The notes under the pieces are model-generated. The model saw only the letters and a list, made by a program, of their open reading frames with translations, ran no database searches and was not told the origin of the DNA. The position numbers and the translations under genes were made by a program. Positions 47,762 through 56,551 of a stretch of 64,000 nt of DNA are shown here, in pieces. Source of the DNA: an uncultured Chitinophaga sp. (GTDB taxonomy: Bacteria > Bacteroidota > Bacteroidia > UKL13-3). The DNA lies in NCBI GenBank assembly GCA_964355075.1, contig CAYHCF010000006.1, positions 32,821 through 96,820 on the forward strand, in the 5' to 3' direction. The first letter of the stretch is position 1; the number at the start of each line of letters is the position of its first letter.

Positions 47762-48472
47762 CTACGAAGCTACAATATAAATGGACTGACTTACGGCTCT
47801 TAGCACAGGAATTCTTTCTAAAAGATCTCCAATAATAATGGAAGGCTTAACCAAACTTTCCGGAATGCCCGGAAGCAAGAAATCTCTATATGAGACCGAA
47901 ATATCAGTGAAACCAGACTGTTTTAATTCTTTGCGGATAAATGATTTACTGAATGCCATTTCATCCGGTTCAAGGTGTGCTTTTTCTCTAAAATACGGGT
48001 AGGTGAAAATTAAATGAACATAGGGGTTATAAATATTGGGTTCCCAAAAAATGATCTTCCCATTGGGCTTCAATAATTTCTTTAAATTAACCAGGGCTGT
48101 ATCCAAATGATGATACAGATGATGTAGGATGCCATTACCTACAATATAATCGAATTTCTTTTCTTTAAAGTCACCAATTTTGTTAAAATCAAGAAAATCA
48201 TATTGTAATTTTGGATGAATAAAATTCTTTCTGGCTTCCTCAATAAAGGGAACGCATAAATCGGTGCCTAATACATGCATATTGCTTTTTTGTGCGAGCA
48301 TAAATGCGATATCACCGGTACCACAACCAATCTCCAAAATAGTGCCATTCGGATCCATCTTCATGGTTTCTATCATGGCATCACATCTTCTCTCAGCCCT
48401 GATCTGCGTACTTTTACTATCTGCCCACCCCTGATTGTACCCCCTGTCGTCCTTTTTATTGTTATCGTTCAT
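47762..48472 (-). CDS. Class I SAM-dependent methyltransferase
   Basis: 236-aa ORF with motif I ILEIGCGTGDIAFMLA and post-I VLGTDL. It is the last gene of the tkt-SDR::GT2 operon, with a 19-nt spacer. Confidence 0.85.
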   Translation of the reverse strand: MNDNNKKDDRGYNQGWADSKSTQIRAERRCDAMIETMKMDPNGTILEIGCGTGDIAFMLAQKSNMHVLGTDLCVPFIEEARKNFIHPKLQYDFLDFNKIGDFKEKKFDYIVGNGILHHLYHHLDTALVNLKKLLKPNGKIIFWEPNIYNPYVHLIFTYPYFREKAHLEPDEMAFSKSFIRKELKQSGFTDISVSYRDFLLPGIPESLVKPSIIIGDLLERIPVLRAVSQSIYIVAS

Positions 48473-48491
48473 TGCAACTTATTTAACTAAC

Positions 48492-50420
48492 TCAATATGT
48501 TTTCCTATATATATTTCTTCGGATAAATTTTGGTCTGCGTTTGGTTTCCTCAAGAATTTTGGCCTGGTATTCTCCAAGAACTGAAATACCCAGCATCTGC
48601 AAGCCACCGAAAAATAAAATCAAAACAATGATAGTGGTTACCCCATGCGGATTACCCGGAAACATAAAATAAAAGATGATTTGAAGGAGAATAGCCATAA
48701 AAGAAATGATGGTTAACGACCACCCCAGATAAGTCAGCAATTCTAAAGGTACATAACTAAAGCTGAAGATTGCTTTGCGCGCCCAGGCAATATTTTTTCG
48801 CCAGTTATTGGTGGTAACGCCAAACATTCTTTCCGGACGGATATAATCTACACCGGTTTGCCTGAAGCCAACCCAGGCTCTCAGACCTCTTAAAAACTGA
48901 TCCGTTTCAGGTAGTTTAATAATTTCATTCACCACTTTTCTGTCCATCAGGGCAAAATCACCGGCATCTAATGGAATAGGTACATAACTCACACTTCTGA
49001 ATAAACGATAGAATACCTTGTAAAAAAATACCAGACTTTGCTTGCCTTCTCTTCTCACCCGACGGCCAAAAATCACATCATAACCATTCAGGTATTCTTC
49101 ATAAAAATTTTCTATTAATTCCGGTGGATCCTGCAAGTCGCCGTCAAGCAGGATAACTCCATCTCCTGTTGAGATTTCCATGCCCGATAAGAAGGCACTC
49201 TGTGAACCAAAATTCCGGGAATGTTCTATGGCAATTACATGGTCATCTTTATCTACAAGTTTTTGCAGAATCTCATTGGTATGATCGGGTGAGCAATCAT
49301 TCACGAAAATAATTTCATAATCCACAATCAGTTTTTCAAAAACCTTTGTCAAACGATCATACATAAACGGAATCGCCTCGGCATCCTTATAACAGGCAAT
49401 AACAGCCGATAATTTATGTTTGATTTTATCCTGTACCAATTTCTTTTCATACAGCGGAATAGCATAGTTTTTTTGCCAGATATACGTTTTGGAGAGTCCT
49501 TCTTTTAAGCTGGTTTCACTTTCCCAATCTATCATTTCTTTGGCTTGGGATGCATCGCCATACCACTCTTTCAAATCCCATTTTCGGTTGGGCATATCCC
49601 CCCAATGCGGATCAACTTTGAGATCAAACAAATTTTTGATTTCTGAAGCGATATCTCTAATAGTGGTTTTCTTGTTACTGGCAATATTGAGCGACCGTCC
49701 TTTGATTTTTTGAATTTGGTTTGCCGACAATAAGGTGGCCAAAATGGCATCATCAATATACACAAAGTCTCTTGAAATATCAGGCTGAACCAAAGGAGGA
49801 TAGCTTCCTTTCATTCCTTCATCAATCAGTTTCGGAATAAGTCTGTCGGGTTCTTCATAGGGTCCATAGATCGAATAGTATCTAAGATTGGTGACCGGCA
49901 TTTCCTTCAGCGTTCCATAATATTTAATCATATGAGCTGCACTCACTTTTGTTACAGCATAATGAGAGTTTGGCAAGAACGGATCATTTTCTTTTGGAGC
50001 AGATGCATTGAGTCCATATTCTGAAGAACTACCGGCATGTACAAACGCATGAATGGCATATTTGGATGAGATTTCAAGAACATTTAAAAAGCCCATCACA
50101 TTGGTTTCATAAATCAATTCAACATCATTCTGCTTACTGTAAGCACCATAGGCTACCAAATCGAAAACGGTTCTGAATGAATGCGCATCAAATAATTTTC
50201 CTACCTGTTCTCTTTTTGTAATATTACAATGTAAAATGTATTGTGGATTTATATCATCCAGGCGCCAGGGAATAAATGGCTTGCTGGTCACTGCGAAAAT
50301 ATCTTGTCTGTAATTAAGAATAGTTCTTACAAGATTGGATCCCATAAAACCTCCGGCTCCAAACACCACAATAGGGCCCTGTAGCTTTAATACCTCGGTT
50401 TTTATTTTTTCGCTAGTCAT
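48492..50420 (-). CDS. Fusion protein: extended-SDR NAD-dependent epimerase/dehydratase (N) + GtrB/ArnC/DPM1-type polyprenyl-phosphate glycosyltransferase GT2 (C)
   Basis: 642-aa ORF. The N half has the Rossmann motif VVFGAGGFMGSNL, GSSSEYG and the catalytic YAVTK. The C half has VIACYKDAE, FVNDCSPD and LDGDLQDPP, then two C-terminal TM helices ending LGISVLGEYQAKILEETKRRPKFI. Confidence 0.85.
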   Translation of the reverse strand: MTSEKIKTEVLKLQGPIVVFGAGGFMGSNLVRTILNYRQDIFAVTSKPFIPWRLDDINPQYILHCNITKREQVGKLFDAHSFRTVFDLVAYGAYSKQNDVELIYETNVMGFLNVLEISSKYAIHAFVHAGSSSEYGLNASAPKENDPFLPNSHYAVTKVSAAHMIKYYGTLKEMPVTNLRYYSIYGPYEEPDRLIPKLIDEGMKGSYPPLVQPDISRDFVYIDDAILATLLSANQIQKIKGRSLNIASNKKTTIRDIASEIKNLFDLKVDPHWGDMPNRKWDLKEWYGDASQAKEMIDWESETSLKEGLSKTYIWQKNYAIPLYEKKLVQDKIKHKLSAVIACYKDAEAIPFMYDRLTKVFEKLIVDYEIIFVNDCSPDHTNEILQKLVDKDDHVIAIEHSRNFGSQSAFLSGMEISTGDGVILLDGDLQDPPELIENFYEEYLNGYDVIFGRRVRREGKQSLVFFYKVFYRLFRSVSYVPIPLDAGDFALMDRKVVNEIIKLPETDQFLRGLRAWVGFRQTGVDYIRPERMFGVTTNNWRKNIAWARKAIFSFSYVPLELLTYLGWSLTIISFMAILLQIIFYFMFPGNPHGVTTIIVLILFFGGLQMLGISVLGEYQAKILEETKRRPKFIRRNIYRKTY

Positions 50421-50430
50421 ACAAAAAAAA

Positions 50431-51345
50431 TTAATATTTAAAAAATTGTTCTAAAGCCATTTTTAATGGTTCTCCCGCCAATTGATTTTCTTCCTGATGC
50501 CATTTCTGATCACCGTAATTACCCGAAGGATATCCATGTGCACATAAGGAATGAACCTGCAAATTATCCGGATCAATACATGGATTTTTTAATAGTTGTA
50601 AGGCCAATAATTCCCCGATTCCACCTGCTTCATAATGTTCTTCTATGGTAAGAATCTTATGAGTTTGATTGATATCATTAATCAATTCCTCAGGGAACCC
50701 TACGAGAGGAATCTGTCCAATTGCCCAGATAGAAAGATTCAAATTCAATGTTTCATTTAGTTGATATGCATTTATAATAACCGGCCCAATTCCAATGAGC
50801 ACTCCTTTTGTTCCCTTTGTCAATTGTCGGAATGGCGCAAATGGCATAGCGGATTCAGCGCGTTTGATACTGTTATTTAATCGCAGATAATTGGGTCTTT
50901 TATCTAGCACCATTTGTTGTACTGCTTCGGCCACATCTTCATTAAAAACCGGGGCATAGATCTGCATATTTTGAACGGAACGCATGAGGGCAATATCTTC
51001 TAAGCAATGGTGGGTTGATCCCATAATTCCATATCCATAGCCACCCCCGTTACCAATAATTTTTACAGGCAGATTATGAAGCCCCAACTCATTTCTAATT
51101 TGTTCAAAGGGCCTGTTTACTACAAATGGAGCAATGCTATAAACAAAAGGCATAAAACCATCATAGGCTAAAGATGCGGCCACTGAGATCATATTTTGCT
51201 CTGAGATGCCCATATTTACAAAGCGTTCTCCCATAACCCCTTCAAGTTCTTCAAATGCCATAAACCCTAAATCTCCTGTTAAAAAAACAAAAGACGGATG
51301 GGTTTCAGCCAGATTAAGAAGCGATTCTGATAATTCTTTTCTCAT
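50431..51345 (-). CDS. Transketolase-family protein, C-terminal half (pyrimidine-binding + C-terminal domains)
   Basis: 304-aa ORF with FLTGDLGF, FVNMGISEQNMISVAASLA and GSTHHCLEDIALMR. Confidence 0.9.
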   Translation of the reverse strand: MRKELSESLLNLAETHPSFVFLTGDLGFMAFEELEGVMGERFVNMGISEQNMISVAASLAYDGFMPFVYSIAPFVVNRPFEQIRNELGLHNLPVKIIGNGGGYGYGIMGSTHHCLEDIALMRSVQNMQIYAPVFNEDVAEAVQQMVLDKRPNYLRLNNSIKRAESAMPFAPFRQLTKGTKGVLIGIGPVIINAYQLNETLNLNLSIWAIGQIPLVGFPEELINDINQTHKILTIEEHYEAGGIGELLALQLLKNPCIDPDNLQVHSLCAHGYPSGNYGDQKWHQEENQLAGEPLKMALEQFFKY

Positions 51346-51351
51346 GAATTC

Positions 51352-52146
51352 CTATTGGCGGTTTAGTTCGACCTGTAATAAATCATAATCATCCTGATTG
51401 ATGGGTAAATAATGGCAGCCCAATTTCCCTTCCATATTCTTCCAACCATTTCCCTTAATCGTATTGGCTATGATAACCAGGGGTTTTACAGCCTTTTCAA
51501 ATAAGTTTTTGAGTTCAGTCAATTCTTTTATTTCATGACCATTAACGACGTAAACATCAAATCCAAAACTTCTCAGTTTTTCATCTAAGGGTTCTATCCG
51601 CATCACCTCTTCCGTTTTACCAAAGCCTTGTAAAAAGTTTCTGTCTATGATCCAAATAACATTATTTAGCTGGTGTTGATGAATAAACAGAGCGGCCTCC
51701 CAGGTACTACCTTCATTTAATTCTCCATCAGAAGTAATACAAAAGGTCTTTCTGTCGGATTTCTTTAATTTGGAAGCAAATCCAAAACCTGCTGCAATAG
51801 ATAAACCATGTCCCAGACTACCTGTTGCAAATGGAATAGCGCTGTATTTATTTACCGGGGGATGGGCAGGAAGGGTGGTGTTATTTTGATAAAAAGTTAA
51901 AATCAGGTCTTCGGTAATTTCACCAGATTCGGCAAGAACACTATATAGGCAGGCCGCTGCATGACCTTTAGATAAGATCAGTTTATCCTGTTCCTGCATC
52001 CAGTGGAATTTGCTTACTGTCAATATTTCGGCACAGGACAGACTGGATCCAATATGTCCGGCATTGGCCATTCTATACATGTTTAAAAACCTGCGCTTTA
52101 TACTTATTACTTTCGTTTGGATATTTGCGTTAATTTCAATATTCAT
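51352..52146 (-). CDS. Transketolase-family protein, N-terminal half (ThDP diphosphate-binding domain)
   Basis: 264-aa ORF with AGHIGSSLSCAEIL, SKGHAA, GSLGHGLSIAAG and ITSDGELNEGSTWEA. Confidence 0.9.
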   Translation of the reverse strand: MNIEINANIQTKVISIKRRFLNMYRMANAGHIGSSLSCAEILTVSKFHWMQEQDKLILSKGHAAACLYSVLAESGEITEDLILTFYQNNTTLPAHPPVNKYSAIPFATGSLGHGLSIAAGFGFASKLKKSDRKTFCITSDGELNEGSTWEAALFIHQHQLNNVIWIIDRNFLQGFGKTEEVMRIEPLDEKLRSFGFDVYVVNGHEIKELTELKNLFEKAVKPLVIIANTIKGNGWKNMEGKLGCHYLPINQDDYDLLQVELNRQ

Positions 52147-52267
52147 CAGTTAATTAAAAAATTTCATGACTTGTTGTATATAAGTCTGAAAATATAATAA
52201 TTTATGCAGAATAAACAAAAGTAGATTTATTCTCAGATAATTTATTTCTTCGTACATTCGATGTAGA

Positions 52268-53860
52268 ATGAAAACAATAAGCAAAAATAGTTATCTCCCT
52301 ATATGGATCGGGTTCATTTATGTTGTAATTTGTTTTTTACCCATTCTAAAAAGCGGGCTTTATTCCGATGACCTGCCTAATTTTCAATTCAAAACCTATC
52401 AACCCAAAGTTAAGAATGAAAATGCGATTCAACTTGCTCTGCCAGCTATTGAGACCTGGAAATCGGCCGGGCGTTTCACTCCGGTTTCTTTTTTCTGGAT
52501 GGAGTTTGTTTTTAAAAATGTAAGCACCATTAAGAACTACAAATTAATGATATTTATATTAAATATTATGACCGTAATTATTTTCCTTATCTACTTGCGG
52601 GCCCTTAGAGTAAAAATAAATTACGGTATTTGGCTGATATGTTTCGGTTCGGTAATACAATACCGTATTGAATTTCATGATGCCTATACGAGTTTAAATG
52701 GCATGTATCAGGTATTGGCCATTTTTATATTTGCTAGTTTAATACTCCATTGTTATTACCTGATAAAGAGGAAAATGTGGCTTTTGATTTTGTCGGCTAT
52801 TTGTTTTGTTATCAGCATGTTGATTTCTGAAGTGGGATTGCTGGCGTTTTTCTTAGTCCCGTTTTCTGCTATCATTCTGAAAATACCATTTAGAAAATTC
52901 TGGCGCAGTTTTAACCTGTACCTTATCCTGTTCATGAGTTATCTTGCTTATGTTTTCTGGCTTCGGTATCATGTACAAGATAAGGATGTATATATAGGAC
53001 TTAAAGCTGGTTTTGATTTATGGGCAATGGGAGAACTATTGGTGAAACAACTTTATGCCACACTGCCATTAACAAATCTGCAGGATAAATCGGCCATTCC
53101 CATTGTGCTTTTTCACCAATTCACTGACCTAAAAAACCTGTTAGGTGTGATTGCTATGTTTCTGTTGGGATATCTGGCTTTTCGGAGCTATCAATTACAA
53201 CCGAAAAAAGAAGAAAAATACTTTAATTTTGCTCACCTGTTCCTTTTTGGTGCCATTCTGGTATTTCCCGCCTTATTTATTTTACCATCATTAAAATACC
53301 AGCAGGAGGTTAGGTGGGGGGTAGGATATTTGCCGGTTTATATACAAAATTTCGGAACAGCAACTTTGTTCACCTGTCTGTTTGAGTACGGTTTTCATAA
53401 TTTGAAAAGGTCAGGTTCCGTATATTCAACTGTTTTTTTTATCTTTATTGTTTTCAGTACATCCATTAATTTTTTGTTTAACCATGCTTTGATAAATACG
53501 ACTTCTTATAAAATTAGTTTTCCGGCTCAAGTGCTTTATGACAGCGTGAAAGAAGGGATTTTAAAAAATTGCGATGACGGAAGTACGATAATTCTTGGCA
53601 ATGATTTTTATTATAAATCTCCGGAATCTTACCATTTACTTTTTAAGGAGATTACCGGTAAGGATTTTAAAGTGGTTGATGCAGGCACAAATTTTACCAT
53701 GTCCGATTCTTCCCTTTGTTATTATTTAGATTGTAAACCCGGGAAAAAGGTAGTGGTTTCCCTTTACAGATTGAAGGGTTCAGACAACCAGACAAAAGTG
53801 CTAAATAAAAAATTTGAAAGGGATTGTAACATAGATGTAATAAAGGAAGACGGTATTTAG
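52268..53860 (+). CDS. Polytopic integral membrane protein, possible GT-C-type glycosyltransferase
   Basis: 530-aa ORF. The first ~400 aa are almost entirely hydrophobic segments, with an acidic first loop (GLYSDDLPNFQF). The last ~130 aa form a soluble domain. Confidence 0.55.
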   Translation: MKTISKNSYLPIWIGFIYVVICFLPILKSGLYSDDLPNFQFKTYQPKVKNENAIQLALPAIETWKSAGRFTPVSFFWMEFVFKNVSTIKNYKLMIFILNIMTVIIFLIYLRALRVKINYGIWLICFGSVIQYRIEFHDAYTSLNGMYQVLAIFIFASLILHCYYLIKRKMWLLILSAICFVISMLISEVGLLAFFLVPFSAIILKIPFRKFWRSFNLYLILFMSYLAYVFWLRYHVQDKDVYIGLKAGFDLWAMGELLVKQLYATLPLTNLQDKSAIPIVLFHQFTDLKNLLGVIAMFLLGYLAFRSYQLQPKKEEKYFNFAHLFLFGAILVFPALFILPSLKYQQEVRWGVGYLPVYIQNFGTATLFTCLFEYGFHNLKRSGSVYSTVFFIFIVFSTSINFLFNHALINTTSYKISFPAQVLYDSVKEGILKNCDDGSTIILGNDFYYKSPESYHLLFKEITGKDFKVVDAGTNFTMSDSSLCYYLDCKPGKKVVVSLYRLKGSDNQTKVLNKKFERDCNIDVIKEDGI

Positions 53861-53875
53861 AGTCTGCACTTAGTA

Positions 53876-54586
53876 TTAATCGGCTTTAAACAGACCGTAT
53901 TTAAATATGCAATAAATAGCCCGCAACCCATCTTTCCAGTTTATTTTTTTTCCCTCTTCATAGGTTCTTCCATAATAGGAAATGCCTACTTCATATATCC
54001 TGACTTTGGGAATTCTGCTGATCTTTGCGGTAACCTCGGGTTCAAAGCCAAATCTCTTTTCTTTCAGATGAATGCTTTTTATCATATCTGATCGGAACAA
54101 CTTATAGCAGGTTTCCATATCTGTTAAGTTTAAATTGTTAAACATATTTGACAAAAAGGTTAGAATATTGTTACCGATAGAATGCCAGAAAAACAGGATT
54201 CTATGAGGGTTTCCGCCAATAAACCTGGAACCATAAACGATATCGGCAAATCCATCCAAAACAGGTTTCAGCAAAATATTATATTCATTGGGGTCATATT
54301 CCAAATCAGCATCCTGAACAATAATAAAATCTCCACTGGCCTCTTTTATGCCGGTATGTATAGATGCTCCCTTACCCATATTTATATTATGTTCCACATA
54401 TTTAATATAAGGTTTTGATTCCATCTGATTTAAGATAATTTCTTTGCTGTTATCTGTGGAATAATCATTAACGATAATTATTTCTTTTTCTAAATCTCCG
54501 ATTAAATTTACCGCACCAACTTTGTCTAAAATCCGGTGAATGGTTCTGGATTCATTATAAACCGGTATGATTATGGATAATTTCAT
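53876..54586 (-). CDS. Glycosyltransferase family 2 (soluble, DPM1/Ppm1-like)
   Basis: 236-aa ORF with [30 protein letters not shown] and ETCYKLF. I see no TM segment. Its start lies 2 nt after the stop of the upstream 582-aa membrane-protein gene. Confidence 0.85.
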   Translation of the reverse strand: MKLSIIIPVYNESRTIHRILDKVGAVNLIGDLEKEIIIVNDYSTDNSKEIILNQMESKPYIKYVEHNINMGKGASIHTGIKEASGDFIIVQDADLEYDPNEYNILLKPVLDGFADIVYGSRFIGGNPHRILFFWHSIGNNILTFLSNMFNNLNLTDMETCYKLFRSDMIKSIHLKEKRFGFEPEVTAKISRIPKVRIYEVGISYYGRTYEEGKKINWKDGLRAIYCIFKYGLFKAD

Positions 54587-54588
54587 CT

Positions 54589-56337
54589 TTAATTTAGTTG
54601 ATATTGTTTTTTAAAGGTAGTTATTGTTACATGTTCAGCTTTAGCAGCAAAATCCCCATCGGAATGAATAGACAAATTAAATTTTGATGAAAAAAAATAG
54701 GTCGGAACCCTGACATAAAATGCATATTGATTCATTTGGTTTGCTTGGGTTAATGGGTTCAATACCCGTATTTTGTTATGTTTAACGGAATCTCCGTATT
54801 GCAAATTTGAATGAAGGGTAGCATTTACCCAGGATTCAAGTTTAAGCGTTGTTTCAATCTTTAGCCAAAATTCGGTCTCAGAATTAAATCCCGGTTTCTT
54901 GTCAAGATTCACTTCTGCTATGGTTTGAGAGGAATCAGCAGTTAATTTTATATTGATAAGCGAATCCCTCTGGAAAATAATTTCTTTCTGATAATTCCTT
55001 TCATTACTGATCCATTCGTCGGTATCCAGCAAGCTCAAATCAAGGGGAGTTGGATCATTATTTAAATAAATTCTTTGATAATATTGTCGGTTCATATCAT
55101 AGTAATGCAAGATCATTTTATTGTACTGCTTGATTTGAAACAGGTTTACTCCAATCAGATAGAGTCCAATCAGATAAAATAAATAGCTATATTTTTTTGA
55201 GTTGATTTTATGAATAATGGAAGCCAGCGGAAGTGCAAACATCGGGTAACTTTGAACCAATGCCCTGGTTGAATAGCTGCCGCCATATCTCCAATCGGCC
55301 CAGGAAATAATTATATAAATATTAAGCAAACAGAAATAAATAACAGATTTTTTGAAAGGATACTCCTTCATAAAAAACATGCCGACAATAAACAAAATAG
55401 TAACGGAAGTATAAATAAACCAACCTTTTTCCCAACCAAATAATACCCTGAAAAATGGATTTAAAAAATACCATTTACTGCCAACATCATATATATAGGA
55501 ACCTGTAGTTATTTTCCAGTAAATAAGTTGTGGTAGTATTCCTATTATACCGAACAAAATAACGAATCCAATTTGATTTTTATGTTTCTTTACTAATTCC
55601 CATTTTTTGGTAGCTTGTTCTTTGGTATGCGTATTCCACATTAATGGAATAAACAACATGATGGCCTCAGTGGGTCGGCCAATGGTTGCCAGTCCGATAA
55701 TGAATCCACAGATGGAGGCGTCAAGGAAGCTTGGTTTATGATGCCATCGTATCGTAAAATAAATGATTAGCACATATAAAAAGAAAAGAGGGGCATGACT
55801 TTGTCCGTTATCAATAGCGGCATATTGAATGGCATTCGTTGCCAGTACCAATAGTAATAAAGTTATACTGCTGGTAGAATCACTGAAATAATTTAACAGA
55901 ATTTTACGCAACAAAAATATAGCCAGAATGAAATAGAATAAAATCCCGAATGAGACTGCATATTGGTAGGGAGGAGAAAAACCATCAGGAGGGTAATCAC
56001 TGATATGGGCAATTATATGGCCAATAATAAAAAACGGTAATTGCAAAATGGCAATTCCACCTAAGTATTTAAAAACAAAATTTCCGTTTTCCAGTCTGGA
56101 GGCTTGATATATTTTCCCGCCGGAAAGAGAATAAGTACTGTCAATAGCAGGTAGCCATTCTAATTTGGAAACGTCATGGTAAATAAATACAGCAGGCAAA
56201 TACATATAATAACCCAGCGCATCCCATGTTGTAATTTTCAGCGTTTTATCGGAACCCATTCCTGAATATATAATCCGGTACTGAATAAGCAGGATGCCAA
56301 TAATTATGCAGGAAATAAATGAATATTTATTTTTCAT
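54589..56337 (-). CDS. ArnT/PMT-like (GT-C fold) membrane glycosyltransferase candidate
   Basis: 582-aa ORF with ~12 hydrophobic segments in the first ~420 aa, the first-loop motif [13 protein letters not shown], and a C-terminal soluble beta-rich domain. A promoter match lies at 56394-56424. Confidence 0.6.
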   Translation of the reverse strand: MKNKYSFISCIIIGILLIQYRIIYSGMGSDKTLKITTWDALGYYMYLPAVFIYHDVSKLEWLPAIDSTYSLSGGKIYQASRLENGNFVFKYLGGIAILQLPFFIIGHIIAHISDYPPDGFSPPYQYAVSFGILFYFILAIFLLRKILLNYFSDSTSSITLLLLVLATNAIQYAAIDNGQSHAPLFFLYVLIIYFTIRWHHKPSFLDASICGFIIGLATIGRPTEAIMLFIPLMWNTHTKEQATKKWELVKKHKNQIGFVILFGIIGILPQLIYWKITTGSYIYDVGSKWYFLNPFFRVLFGWEKGWFIYTSVTILFIVGMFFMKEYPFKKSVIYFCLLNIYIIISWADWRYGGSYSTRALVQSYPMFALPLASIIHKINSKKYSYLFYLIGLYLIGVNLFQIKQYNKMILHYYDMNRQYYQRIYLNNDPTPLDLSLLDTDEWISNERNYQKEIIFQRDSLINIKLTADSSQTIAEVNLDKKPGFNSETEFWLKIETTLKLESWVNATLHSNLQYGDSVKHNKIRVLNPLTQANQMNQYAFYVRVPTYFFSSKFNLSIHSDGDFAAKAEHVTITTFKKQYQLN

Positions 56338-56393
56338 GACTCATTCGGCATTAAAAGGGAATCAGATTCTGTTCTTATCCGACACACTCTTGT

Positions 56394-56424
56394 CAAACAT
56401 AATCATTTTTGTAAAATCTGCAAA
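56394..56424 (-). promoter_or_regulatory. Bacteroidota sigma-A-type promoter match (TTTG-N19-TATGTTTG) for the GT-C/GT2 operon
   Basis: On the minus strand, TTTG is the complement of 56421-56424 and TATGTTTG the complement of 56394-56401, ~57 nt upstream of ATG 56337. Confidence 0.45.
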
Positions 56425-56486
56425 ATGCATGGAAAGAGAGAGAAATTGGATTTATTGAGCTTTTCTTTAATCATATTCAAAGAAAA

Positions 56487-56494
56487 TATTTTTG
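56487..56494 (+). promoter_or_regulatory. Isolated -7 box match (TATTTTTG) upstream of the DUF2079-like gene
   Basis: TAnnTTTG match 58 nt upstream of ATG 56552, with no convincing -33 TTTG at the expected spacing. Confidence 0.3.
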
Positions 56495-56551
56495 GACATC
56501 GTAATTGAATTGATATGTTTGTATTCAACTTGGTTTACGTATAAAGGTTCT

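Noticed and set aside
50431-52146. Treating the split transketolase as simple housekeeping pentose-phosphate genes and ignoring it.
   Set aside because: This is not fully rejected. It remains the null hypothesis, but the 6-nt and 10-nt spacing to the SDR::GT2 fusion argues for operonic linkage, so it is kept as a finding with an explicit refutation test.
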